This document shows, one piece after another, positions 39,701 to 49,278 of a stretch of DNA of 64,000 nucleotides. Position numbers and translations under genes: made by a program. Within the stretch, counting starts at the first letter, position 1, and each line of letters opens with the position of its first letter. The stretch covers positions 18,225,648 through 18,289,647 of the forward strand of contig NC_092673.1 of NCBI RefSeq assembly GCF_964355755.1. Direction: 5' to 3'. Origin of the DNA: Antedon mediterranea. Its lineage: Eukaryota > Animalia > Echinodermata. Below the pieces are notes generated by a model, which saw only the letters and a program-made list of their open reading frames with translations, made no database searches and was not told where the DNA came from.

Positions 39701-40862
39701 AATGTTTTAGGTTTAACTGTGTTTATACTTTGGGGTTAGAGTGTTTAATTGTTTAATTATTTCTCACCATATCTATTACTTAATGAGCTTGCTTTGTTGT
39801 TATTTCAGGTACACATCATGGTGGGTAAGTATTTTCCACATATGTATTGTTATTTGATAAAATTAAAATATATTTTTTGTTAATAAATGGGCAGTTTTTC
39901 ATTTCATTTATTTTGCCACATAAAATTTATAACAATACAATTAAAAAAAAACAAAATAAAAAAGATAAAAGAGATTACTTCGGTCATCGGTGACGGTGAC
40001 ACGTACGAACAATTGTAGAAATAATTTATCCCTACTAGTATGATATGATATAAATAACATTTTCAGAGATAATCTGTTTGATGTATTTGTTAAGTTTCCA
40101 ATATCATCACCTTGAACTGTGACCATGTAAAATTCCTGTGTATAATGAAATAAAGTTTATCTGTATCTGTACACTCCGCCTCCCCACAAAGGCCAGCAAG
40201 ATTACCAAAAGCGTCTTGTGGCTCTCCGCATCATTGTTAAAAGTTCAACTACGATCATTTGAAAGATCAGGTTGAAAGAAACAACAATTTTAATGTTAAT
40301 ACTTGATTAGAATTTTAATTATTTAATTGTACTTTTTTAATTCTAGTCGAAAGCACAAGAAACGTAGCAAACGTTGCAAGTTGTTATAAGGTATAGTATT
40401 TAACTTGTGTATATAACAGTTTAAAAAATTGAATTTGTTTCTAAAGTCATGCACTGTTTTTCTATAAAAAAAAACTACTGTAGTTTCAATATGTAAGAAA
40501 TCCTTTGTTTTCTTATAAAATGCTTTTTTTTGTAGATTAAATTATGTAAAATTTTCATTTTGATTACAGCTCACTGGTGGATAGTTACTGTAATTTGGTT
40601 TATTCTATTGGCAACCTTTGTCATCTTAATTATTATATATGACGGCTTAGCAGCAATAATTGGCATTGGTATTGGATTGTTGGTAACTTTTGGTGGTGGC
40701 TGTATCTGGTGTGTGAATAAGAAAGTCACCAAGTCTCGTACTCAGTCAACAAACGCAGCAGCAGACGGACAGACAGTACGCTATTCTGAAAAAAGGAGAG
40801 ATACTGTAAACAGACCTTGTATAAAGAATATCAAAGATAGATGTAAAATGAAAAATATGTGA
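719..40862 (+). CDS. Multi-exon Roco-family gene (5' end outside window): Roc-COR, DEDx2, DEDx2, Roc-COR, DEDx2, OTU, membrane anchor
   Basis: 36 hand-called exons with GT-AG boundaries total 7385 nt and stay in frame from 719 to TGA at 40860-40862. Roc motifs WDYAGQ/THMD and GQEGVGKT/TDGI/WDHGGQ; OTU motifs GDGNC and HYVS. Could be two adjacent genes split near 9.3-11.3 kb. Confidence 0.7.
1138..1274 (+). CDS. Roc1 exon with G3 motif (SIWDYAGQLDYYITHR)
   Basis: Roc-type WD(F/Y)AGQ..YY.TH signature; AG acceptor, gtatgt donor. Confidence 0.9.
1405..3050. repeat. Intronic minisatellite, 41-bp unit, ~40 copies
   Basis: Unit acaatagaagatgttgggcaataataaccaacataatactg; period measured 1446 to 1487. 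Confidence 0.97.
3508..4285 (+). CDS. Roc1 C-terminal exons 3508-3597, 3687-3878, 4043-4285 (G4 ATHMD, start of COR VPVKW)
   Basis: FFLTNKVSYCVTFN, FWIRSI, PPICLVATHMD, EVPVKWVNL; all phase 0 with canonical splice sites. Confidence 0.88.
4545..6357 (+). CDS. COR1 exons 4545-4739, 4822-4992, 5085-5387, 5977-6069, 6153-6357
   Basis: COR-like motifs YLNVTGIIMY, GVLEETLLRYLW, FLVPCRI, FLPDAVYHTLVV; continuous frame across GT-AG introns. Confidence 0.85.
6841..7395 (+). CDS. Exon encoding tandem DED-like pair 1
   Basis: FNELKYDL..LKCCLFDVIP..DLFNVLHDNG..N..ILVE then LSSYRKRLF..WDVVFYLE, resembling caspase-8/cFLIP DEDs; phase 1-1. Confidence 0.78.
7602..7748 (+). CDS. Pro/Glu-rich linker exon with internal duplication PVPKPExLPAxDLES x2
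   Basis: tatag acceptor, gtaat donor, phase 1-1. Confidence 0.7.
7869..8393 (+). CDS. Exon encoding tandem DED-like pair 2
   Basis: LDMLKVLCKDLI..MELFNLLKQTGHL..NFKVL then FTTYRQTLIDFG..WTVILDLEERGIL; phase 1-1. Confidence 0.78.
9156..9242 (+). CDS. Gly/Ser linker exon (GMSFGTGTAGSCGAGTSVSSDGKRARNIL), chimeric
   Basis: tacag acceptor, gtaagt donor, phase 1-1; 5' part matches exon 38306, 3' part matches end of exon 6841-7395. Confidence 0.6.
11148..11306 (+). mobile_element. Probable tRNA-derived SINE
   Basis: Degenerate A-box-like tggtggttaac and B-box-like ggattcaatcc, A-rich tail. Confidence 0.45.
11388..11556 (+). CDS. Roc2 first exon with P-loop (YTKALKEG..LKVIGQEGVGKTCLINACLGK)
   Basis: GxxxxGKT preceded by the P..I...G..AY..AL.EG segment typical of invertebrate Roco proteins; phase 1-2. 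Confidence 0.92.
11628..12060. repeat. ~78-bp degenerate tandem repeat (~5.5 copies) built on the splice acceptor of the next exon
   Basis: Recurring cttcagattt...agcataatgtttacagcact, similar to the true acceptor cttcag|atttgagaaggagcataaagttacag. Confidence 0.85.
12059..12707 (+). CDS. Roc2 exons 12059-12144 (FEKEHKVTDGI, G2) and 12643-12707
   Basis: Switch-I T-D-G-I motif; phases 2-1 and 1-0 fit neighbouring exons. Confidence 0.82.
12967..13684 (+). CDS. Asn/Asp/His low-complexity exon (NHNNDD)n inserted inside Roc2
   Basis: tgttag acceptor, gtaat donor; open frame (ORF 12997); phase 0-1 bridges exon 12707 (phase 0) to exon 14270 (phase 1). Confidence 0.7.
14270..16276 (+). CDS. Roc2 exons 14270-14418 (WDHGGQ), 15364-15453, 15625-15804 (GTHKS), 16025-16276 (VPLKW)
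   Basis: NIWDHGGQLIYHGLHR, MFMTLQALYIVVFDLS, PTILIVGTHKS, FAIEN, DVPLKW; same intron positions as Roc1. Confidence 0.9.
16466..16970 (-). mobile_element. Truncated inverted copy of the hAT-type element at 19729-21393
   Basis: Starts cagtgatggcgccag (TIR-like); reverse-complement similarity to 21335-21393 and about 20560-20965. Confidence 0.75.
16976..17121 (+). mobile_element. Possible SINE 3' fragment with (tacaaa)n tail
   Basis: ccttaggcaagatgctttactctcattgcc resembles SINE core sequences; short tandem tail. Confidence 0.35.
17332..19625 (+). CDS. COR2 exons 17332-17517, 17800-17994, 18246-18548, 18654-18725, 19412-19625
   Basis: LTFLYDLGEIVY, VLDPMQLV, GILEEDLLLELW, FFVPLRL, YLPDVLF; canonical splice sites; frame continuous. 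Confidence 0.87.
19729..21393. mobile_element. Non-autonomous hAT DNA transposon (1665 bp)
   Basis: TIRs cagcggtggtgccag / ctggcgccaccactg (13 of 15 match); 8-bp TSD cctgacgt at 19721-19728 and 21394-21401; no transposase ORF. Confidence 0.88.
21441..31548. repeat. Intronic satellite, 103-bp unit, ~98 copies (10.1 kb)
   Basis: Unit begins gctgcataccccaccttaactagcaccatggagctaactcc; period 21555 to 21658; no spacers. Confidence 0.98.
31754..31792 (+). CDS. 39-nt linker exon (DETKPSKKEESNQ)
   Basis: Strong polypyrimidine tract plus caag, gtaaag donor, phase 1-1. Confidence 0.7.
32658..33194 (+). CDS. Exon encoding tandem DED-like pair 3
   Basis: FRQLLTD..WFD..LKVLYKDLL..WDLLQDL..GSL..SNLTLL then LTPFRQKVYQLG..WSMIMDFEHRGII; clearly homologous to exon 7869-8393; phase 1-1. 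Confidence 0.8.
33155..34080 (+). repeat. Intragenic segmental duplication, copy A (copy B 37460-38520)
   Basis: Near-identical exon end, intron and Gly/Ser exon in both copies (compare ORFs 33387- and 37630-). Confidence 0.92.
33990..34079 (+). CDS. Gly/Ser linker exon (SSGAGV-type repeats)
   Basis: tacag acceptor, gtgcgt donor, phase 1-1. Confidence 0.6.
34524..35062 (+). CDS. OTU-like cysteine protease (deubiquitinase) domain, exons 34524-34720 and 34810-35062
   Basis: VPGDGNCFFYCIQDQL (catalytic Cys), GTWVDEVAVRAMA, LGLIGEDHYVSL (catalytic His). Confidence 0.9.
35080..37031 (-). mobile_element. Internally deleted Gypsy-type LTR element (1952 bp)
   Basis: TG..CA LTRs 35080-35582 and 36542-37031, near identical; 4-bp TSD atgt; PPT (ctcccccctctttct on +); tRNA-Leu-type PBS; minus ORF 35656-36156 with integrase-like remnants (KDGILFR, LVV, EPF). 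Confidence 0.92.
37459..37500 (+). CDS. 42-nt exon (ERNGMTKARKNFID) derived from the duplicated DED exon end
   Basis: tgtttcag acceptor, gttggt donor identical to 33195; phase 1-1. Confidence 0.5.
38306..38521 (+). CDS. Gly/Ser-rich linker exon with 18-nt (SSGAGV) repeats
   Basis: tacag acceptor, gtgaat donor, phase 1-1; ORF 38290. Confidence 0.72.
38958..38996 (+). CDS. 39-nt exon (DGEDEDESLIKKP)
   Basis: ttttttctacag acceptor, gtat donor, phase 1-1. Confidence 0.68.
39809..40389 (+). CDS. Alternative C-terminal micro-exons 39809-39824 and 40347-40390 encoding GTHHGGRKHKKRSKRCKLL* (polybasic plus CaaX)
   Basis: tatttcag/gtaagt and ttctag/gtatag sites; 16+44=60 nt; TAA at 40387-40389 directly after CKLL. 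Confidence 0.62.
40570..40862 (+). CDS. Terminal exon with two hydrophobic (transmembrane) segments and basic tail
   Basis: ttacag acceptor, phase 1; WWIVTVIWFILLATFVILIIIY-DG-LAAIIGIGIGLLVTFGGGCIWCV-NKK; TGA stop. Confidence 0.72.
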
Positions 40863-41237
40863 AACAAAATGGGAGTTTTTTTCACGATGATGAATGACTA
40901 GAGGTTTAGAGGGTGTTAAATTAAAGATGGCCATCCAAGGGTCAATATCACAATTATTTTCCCCTCAAGGAATTCAGCCTTGCTTGTCAAATGAAACAAC
41001 AACATTGATTTCAGGATTTTTGTAAAATACAATAAACTTTTTAAAATCAGAACTCTCATTAGAATTTTACAAAATTCAGTTTAAAGTTTTTTTAACGTTT
41101 CAAATTCTATTATTGATTTTATGAAAAGATTAAAATTAAAATTAGACTTTTTAGTTTAATAAAGTGGGTAATGCAATGCCAGTATTATGTATGTATATAA
41201 TATCTCATGTTTGATATTTAGTTTTATTAAGCTTAAC

Positions 41238-42730
41238 ATGCTGTAGTAGACAGTTGTAAACATATTGAAGCTGTAACTCAGTTGTCAATTGTGTACTCAA
41301 TGCTGTAGTAGACAGTTGTCAACATATAGAAGCTGTAACTCAGTTGTCAATTGTGTGTACTCAATGCTGTAGTAGACAGTTGTCAACATATAGAAGCTGT
41401 AACTCAGTTGTCAATTGTGTACTCAATGCTATAGTAGACAGTTGTCAACATATTGAAGCTGTAACTCAGTTGTCAATTGTCTACTCAATGCTGTAGTAGA
41501 CAGTTGTCAACATATTGAAGCTGTAACTCAGTTGTCAATTGTGTACTCAATGCTGTAGTAGACAGTTGTCAACATATTGAAGCTGTAACTCAGTTGTCAA
41601 TTGTGTACTCAATGCTGTAGTAGACAGTTGTCAACATATTGAAGCTGTAACTCTGTTGTCAATTGTGTACTCAATGCTGTAGTAGACAGTTGTCAACATA
41701 TTAAAGCTGTAACTCTGTTGTCAATTGTGTACTCAATGCTGTAGTAGACAGTTGTCAACATATTGAAGCTGTAACTCAGTTGTCAATTGTGTACTCAATG
41801 CTGTAGTAAACAGTTGTCAACATATTGAAGCTGTAACTCAGTTGTCAATTGTGTACTCAATGCTGTAGTAGACAGTTGTCAACATATTAAAGCTGTAACT
41901 CAGTTGTCAATTGTGTACTCAATGCTGTAGTAGACAGTTGTCAACATATTGAAGCTGTAACTCAGTTGTCAATTGTGTACTCAATGCTGTAGTAGACAGT
42001 TGTCAACATATTGAAGCTGTAACTCAGTTGTCAATTGTGTACTCAATGCTGTAGTAGATAGTTGTCAACATATTGAAGCTGTAACTCAGTTGTCAATTGT
42101 GTACTCAATGCTGTAGTAGACAGTTGTCAACATATAGAAGCTGTAACTCAGTTGTCAATTGTCTACTCAATGCTGTAGTAGACAGTTGTCAACATATTGA
42201 AGCTGTAACTCAGTTGTCAATTGTGTACTCAATGCTGTAGTAGACAGTTGTCAACATATTGAAGCTGTAACTCTGTTGTCAATTGTGTACTCAATGCTGT
42301 AGTAGACAGTTGTCAACATATTGAAGCTGTAACTGAGTTGTCAATTGTGTACACAATGCTGTAGTAGACAGTAGTCAATATATTGAAGCTGTAACTCAGT
42401 TGTCAATTGTGTACTCAATGCTGTAGTAGACAGTTGTAAACATATTGAAGCTGTAACTCAGTTGTCAATTGTGTACTCAATGCTGTAGTAAACAGTTGTC
42501 AACATATTGAAGCTGTAACTCAGTTGTCAATTGTCTACTAAATGCTGTAGTAGACAGTTATCAACATATTGAAGCTGTAACTCAGTTGTCAATTGTGTAC
42601 TCAATGCTGTAGTAGACAGTTGTCAACATATAGAAGCTGTAACTCAGTTGTCAATTGTGTACTCATTGCTGTAGTAGACAGTTGTCAACATATTAAAGCT
42701 GTAACTCAGTTGTCAATTGTGTACTCAATG
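41238..42730. repeat. Minisatellite, 62-bp unit, ~24 copies
   Basis: atgctgtagtagacagttgtcaacatattgaagctgtaactcagttgtcaattgtgtactca. Confidence 0.96.
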
Positions 42731-43155
42731 ATTACAGTTTAGATATCTGTTACATAATTAGTATACACCTTTTGATTGGTAGGATATGGGAACAAAAAGT
42801 GGGGTTTTTTAAAATATTGATACAATTAGAGATGCCCCTACAATCTCAATTTTTTTCAAAGTGTATATTGCAGCTATAAACATTTTAAAGTAAAGTAATA
42901 ATTTGATAAAAGAAAAAAAAATTCAAATTAATAAGGGGACGCGACAGGATATGAGGGCAGCAATTAGGTGTTTGATATAATGATACTGATGATAATAATG
43001 TTGCTATTTGTTTGTATTAATAACTATGGTAGTTATGATTAATGATGCTAAATTGTATTTTAAATCAAGAAATCATGTAATAATTAGACCATGACAACCT
43101 AAGTGTATTGTAACAAAGACAACAACATTTTCCACTCAACAACACCATTTTCTAC

Positions 43156-44462
43156 TCAACACAGTTTGTTGTGGATAAATCCAAAAGCTGTAGGAATCCC
43201 TGTATTTATAGTACAGGGATTTAACAACACAATTTGTTGTGGATAAATCCAAAAGCTGTAGGAATCCCTGTATTTATAGTACAGGGATTTTAACAACACA
43301 ATTTGTTGTGGATAAATCCAAAAGCTGTAGGAATCACTGTATTTATAGTACAGGGATTTTAACAACACAATTTGTTGTGGATAAATCCAAAAGCTGTAGG
43401 AATCACTGTATTTATGGTACAGGGATTTTAACAACATAATTTGTTGTGGATAAATCTAAAAGCTGTAGGAATCCCTGTATTTATAGTACAGGGATTTTAA
43501 CAACACAATTTGTTGTGGATAAATCTAAAAGCTGTTGGAATCACTGTATTTATGGTACAGGGATTTTAACAACACAATTTGTTGTGGATAAATCTAAAAG
43601 CTGTAGGAATCCCTGTATTTATAGTACAGGGATTTTAACAACACAATTTGTTGTGGATAAATCTAAAAGCTGTAGGAATCCCTGTATTTATAGTACAGGG
43701 ATTTTAACAACACAATTTGTTGTGGATAAATCTAAAAGCTGTAGGAATCACTGTATTTATAGTACAGGGATTTTAACAACACAATTTGTTGTGGATAAAT
43801 CTAAAAGCTCTAGGAATCCCTGTATTTATAGTACAGGGATTTTAACAACACAATTTGTTGTGGATAAATCTAAAAGCTGTAGGAATTACTGTATTTATAG
43901 TACAGGGATTTTAACATCACAATTTGTTGTGGATAAATCTTAAAGCTGTAGGAATCCCTGTATTTATAGTACAGGGATTTTAACAACACAATTTGTTGTG
44001 GATAAATCTAAAAGCTGTAGGAATCCCTGTATTTATAGTACAGGGATTTTAACAACACAATTTGTTGTGGATAAATCTAAAAGCTGTAGGAATCCCTGTA
44101 TTTATAGTACAGGGATTTTAACAACACAATTTGTTGTGGATAAATCTAAAAGCTGTAGGAATTACTGTATTTATAGTACAGGGATTTTAACATCACAATT
44201 TGTTGTGGATAAATCCAAAAGCTGTAGGAATCACTGTATTTATAGTACAGGAATTTTAACAACACACTTTGTTGTTGATAAATCTAAAAGCTGTAGGAAT
44301 CACTGTATTTATAGTACAGGGATTTTAACATCACAATTTGTTGTGGATAAATCTAAAAGCTGTAGGAATCCCTGTATTTATAGTAGAGGGATTTTAACAA
44401 CACACTTTGTTATTGATAAATCTAAAAGCTGTAGGAATCCCTGTATTTATAGTACAGAGATT
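43156..44462. repeat. Minisatellite, 69-bp unit, ~19 copies, with internal hairpin
   Basis: 23-aa periodicity in spurious ORFs; aatccctgta-tttatag-tacagggatt inverted repeat in the unit. Confidence 0.96.
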
Positions 44463-44588
44463 TTTACAAAAAATGACCAAATTGATAATGATAACTATTA
44501 ATGATGTGCAATTGTCAGTCTGTGTTAACTGTCACCCTTTTTAATTCATATTTTGCGATATCAATGTTGTCATTCTTCATGCTGCATT

Positions 44589-45642
44589 TTGGTTAAAGTG
44601 TGGCCTACTGTACTTAATAGGCCTAACAATAAATATAATAAGTCAATTCACATTAATATTTTGTTCTCTCTTAGTTAAAGTGTGGCCTACTGTACTTAAT
44701 AGGCCAACAATAAATATAATAAGTCAATTCACATTAATATTTTGTTCTCTCTTGGTTAAAGTGTGGCCTACTGTACTTAATAGGCCTAACAATAAATATA
44801 ATAAGTCAATTCACATTAATATTTTGTTCTCTCTTGGTTATAGTGTGGCCTACTGTACTTAATAGGCCTACAATAAATATAATAAGTCAATTAACATTAA
44901 TATTTTGTTCTCTCTTGGTTAAAGTGTGGCCTACTGTACTTAATAGGCCAACAATAAATATAATAAGTCAATTAACATTAATATTTTGTTCTCTCTTGGT
45001 TAAAGTGTGGCCTACTGTACTTAATAGGCCTATAATAAATATAATAAGTCAATTCACATTAATATTTTGTTCTCTCTTAGTTAAAGTGTGGCCTACTGTA
45101 CTTAATAGGCCAACAATAAATATAATAAGTCAATTCACATTAATATTTTGTTCTCTCTTAGTTAAAGTGTGGCCTACTGTACTTAATAGGCCTAACAATA
45201 AATATAATAAGTCAATTCACATTAATATTTTGTTCTCTCTTGGTTAAAGTGTGGCCTACTGTACTTAATAGGCCAACAATAAATATAATAAGTCAATTCA
45301 CATTAATATTTTGTTCTCTCTTAGTTAAAGTGTGGCCTACTGTACTTAATAGGCCAACAATAAATATAATAAGTCAATTCACATTAATATTTTGTTCTCT
45401 CTTAGTTAAAGTGTAGCCTACTGTACTTAATAGGCCTAACAATAAATATAATAAGTCAATTCACATTAATATTTTGTTCTCTCTTGGTTAAAGTGTGGCC
45501 TACTGTACTTAATAGGCCTACAATAAATATAATAAGTCAATTCACATTAATATTTTGTTCTCTCTTGGTTAAAGTGTGGCCTACTGTACTTAATAGGCCT
45601 ACAATAAATATAATAAGTCAATTCACATTAATATTTTGTTCT
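44589..45642. repeat. Minisatellite, 81-82-bp unit, ~13 copies
   Basis: ggttaaagtgtggcctactgtacttaataggcc(t)aacaataaatataataagtcaattcacattaatattttgttctctctt. Confidence 0.96.
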
Positions 45643-46668
45643 TTCTTTTCTAAGTTTGTAAAATTACAAAAACAAAACATATCTGTGTTTGTTCTGTTTT
45701 GTTTTTGTAATTTTTAACATATTTACATTAATTATAAATAACTAACATGTGCATATGCAAATGAGACCAGGTAAACGGAAGTGCAGAACGATGTTTAAAT
45801 ATAATGATTTGAATAAATACATTTTTTTGTACAGAACTGAATTATAGTTTTTATATGAATGAATTTTCTAATACCTATTTGTTAAAAATGAAATGTTTTA
45901 TATTTTGATATTTTTCACTTTTAATTCAATTTTGTAAATTAAAACTCAATTAAGTATTTATGCTGCTGTGTTTTAATGTTTATATTCATATATTTTTAAA
46001 TAAATACTAATGAATGAAAAGCTTTTTTTTTGTTTGTAAGGAATGTGTGTTTGTTTTGAATGGGGAGATTTTAACATCGAGGAGATCATTATACTGTATT
46101 AAAATGTACGTGCTTTGCTATTCATTGTATATTATACAAAATATCCATTCCACCAATCCAGAGAGTAATAAAGTTCTTCGATATTATACATTACACAGCG
46201 ATGTTAAGTCGTAGACAAAAATGGTGATTGCGCCCTCTATAAAAAATAAAAGTTTATTCACCCAACAAACCACTCAACAACATGCATGGGATGCCGAAGA
46301 ATGTCAAACACAAGAAGTAAGTTTTTGTTTCATTATCATTACTGTATCCTAGGCCTACAAACTTAGTACTATATTATATCGGCCTAGATAGGCCTAGCTA
46401 GGCTAGTTCTAACTAGCTAGGGCAGGCCCTACCTCTAGCTATCAAAGGCTTTTAGCCCTTATAGCTAGGCCTATTCTATATACTATATCCTAGTGGGCCT
46501 ACTAGGCTAGGCCCCTAGTAGAATAAAGACAGGCCTGCTGAGGGAGTCTCCACAACTTGTCGTTAGAGAACTGCATTGTGATTGGTCCTAAGACGAACAT
46601 AAACACATGGATGGATGAGGATGTAGGGGGATTCTGGGTTTATAATTGCTTTTAAATATCGTTTTTTA

Positions 46669-47565
46669 GGTGCTAGTTCCGTTTCGCACCTGTCGTTTAT
46701 TTCGACTCAAAATTGGTTAAGTAACTTTATCGTGAGTACCACACCTTAGAATTAGGCCTCAAAAATACTTTTACGAAGGAGATCACACAAAAAGTAAAAA
46801 ATAAATCCTTTAAATTGATGAATTTACAGACGTGTTTCTCGCACATCGGTTTGTGAATTTCGCATACTCCATGTTCAATATTGTTGTTTCTATGGAGCGC
46901 CATAAGAGCAATCATAATTAGAGGGCTAAAAACTCAGTAAATTGCGTATATTTAATGCATTTATTGGTGAAAATTACGTTCAATTTTATCATATTTGTCA
47001 ATGTCAACGCAACAAAAATATTACTGTTGATACTGTACATGGTTTTTGCAGGAACTTTTATTTTAGGATTTAATTCATTATCATATTACATGTACTGTTG
47101 TAGGGGTATACCTGATCTAAATAATATTCCTCTTAGTCTATATTCTTACTCTTAGTTAGGCCTAGGGTTGGTTGCTATTTGAAAACAGCAAATTATTAGC
47201 AGTAAAATGTTACAGCATTTTTATTGACAAAATATATTAAAATTAAACGTGTATTTCAATAATAAATGCATTAAAAGAAGACGCATTCCACTGAGTTTTT
47301 AACCATCTATTGTTGTTGCTCTTTTGGCGCTCCATAGAAACGAAAATATTGAACTTCGAGTATGCTAAATTCGCGAACGGTATGCGAGAATCATGTCTGT
47401 AAAATCATCAATTTAAGGATTTATTTGTTACTTTTTATGTGATTCTTCTTCATAAAAGTACTTATGAGGCCCAATTTTAAGGTGTGGTATTCACAATAAG
47501 TTGCTTAACAATTTCGAGTCAAAAGGAAGTCGAAATAAAAACAGGTGCGAAACGGAACTAGCGCC
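46669..47565. mobile_element. Fold-back MITE with ~340-bp imperfect TIRs, Merlin-like
   Basis: ggtgctagttccgtttcgcacctg / caggtgcgaaacggaactagcgcc ends; 8-bp TSD gtttttta on both sides; GG termini. Confidence 0.82.
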
Positions 47566-47717
47566 GTTTTTTATTAAATAAAAAATGTTATAACTAGGCT
47601 AAGCCTATATAGACATGTCAGAATGAAGAAGTAATATTAATAACGAGAAATTTAAACAATTAAATTTCATATACATTTTAGGGTAAATTCATGGAGAGTC
47701 TGTTTTTCAGCAGCTTA

Positions 47718-49278
47718 AGCCTGGTTTCCAGTCGACGTAAGATTTGTTTCCGCTTACGATTGCGTCGTTTTCTTACGATTACGCTTGCGTTCCGATCAGT
47801 TGACCAAAAACTAACGTTGACACGAAATTGTCATAATCACGTTGGACCGCAAAAATTTAGATCATTACATGTGCTGATTCCGTCGTTACGAAAGTTGAAT
47901 TTTATCGCAAAGTCTGTCCTTCTTGCCCTTACGTCGAGTTGAAATTTTTCCTTGCGATTACAACACATATGACGTGATAACAAGAAATGATTTCTGATTG
48001 GCTCATAAATTCCGTGCGAAAAGAGGAGGCCATTTTCCAAAACATAAACAGTGCAGTGAGGCTATGACATATTTTTTACATAATCTTAATTAGTTATTAA
48101 TTAAAATGTTTTATCAATTCTTCTTTTGATAGTCGCCGACAAATTTAGTCTTTTTATTCTGAGAATTATTTTATGAGCGGCTTAAACAATCCCATGATTT
48201 TACCCACCCGAGAGAGCTTGTTTATCGGAGTTTTAATTTTTTGTCTGCCGCCTTTTGTTTTGATTTTCTTTGTACCACCCTGCATGGCTTAATTATTGTT
48301 TATGATTAGACTGTTGTTATAATGTTGAATATCATGACTTGCCTACGATGTTATTTATACATTTTATCTATTGGTTTTTTTTACCCGGTTTTCATTTTTT
48401 TATAAATTATAGATAATTCAAATGATGTAGGCTAATAATTATTTATTTTCATCATCAAATTATCATAGGCCTATAAATTGCAAACACTACGGTGAATTTA
48501 ATAAATACGTATATATTATTAATTTATTACCTAAACCTACCTTCATCCTACAATTAAAACAAAATCATTACGTAATTTTTCCCCACCTGCTTTTGAATGC
48601 AAACTATATGCCAGGTGAACGTATTGTTCCTGATAAGCCTGATGATGACACTGTTCTCTAACATTTTATTGCCATTTAGTTTTTAATTTAGTCCGCCAAT
48701 GTGTATTATTTTTACCCATTATATCGTATTTTTACTATGTTTATATAATTATAATAAGTAACAAGCAAGACAATTTTGTATAGTTCTCACATCTATTTTG
48801 TATTTCATCCACCTAAATTATTACATTCTATCACGAATTGAACAACATCGTGGTTCAGGTTTATTTACGTATCATTTATTGTCAACAATATTCTTATATA
48901 CGGTACTTTCTACTTTATTTCACCTTTCCAAGCTTTGACCTTCTTGCCAACGTCACATAGTCCTCGTCACTGATTGGCTGGTTCTCAAGTCAACTTTCGT
49001 AAGCGTAAGCGAAAGGGTATAAAATCGCATCGTAAGGCATGTTCATCCAGAAATTCACCGGTTTCCTGTCGAACAGTCGAATATCGACGTAACAGACGGA
49101 AGCTTCAGTCACCGGTTTCCTGTCAAACATTTGTACTACGGCGATTTCTACTTGCGTTACGTCGTTTTGACATTTAGCTTTTTTCAACCGGTTTCCTGTC
49201 GATTTTCAATTTCCAATGTAAAAACGAGCCAGTCGACGTAAGAAATTCTAATTTCTTACGTCGACTGGAAACCAGGCT
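47718..49278. mobile_element. Non-autonomous PIF/Harbinger-type DNA transposon
   Basis: Perfect 25-bp TIR agcctggtttccagtcgacgtaaga; 3-bp TSD TTA; subterminal ccggtttcctgtc x3. Confidence 0.88.

Noticed and set aside
39300-39715. ~95-bp direct repeat (about 39300 and 39620)
   Set aside because: Small local intronic duplication with no LTR or TSD hallmarks
719-40862. Naming the gene LRRK1/2, DAPK1, MFHAS1 or caspase-8
   Set aside because: No kinase, LRR, ankyrin or caspase QACxG motif in the window; architecture matches none of them
43156-45717. Repetitive ORFs (DKSKSCRNPC.., WPTVLNRP..)
   Set aside because: Minisatellite translations with stops and frameshifts between units
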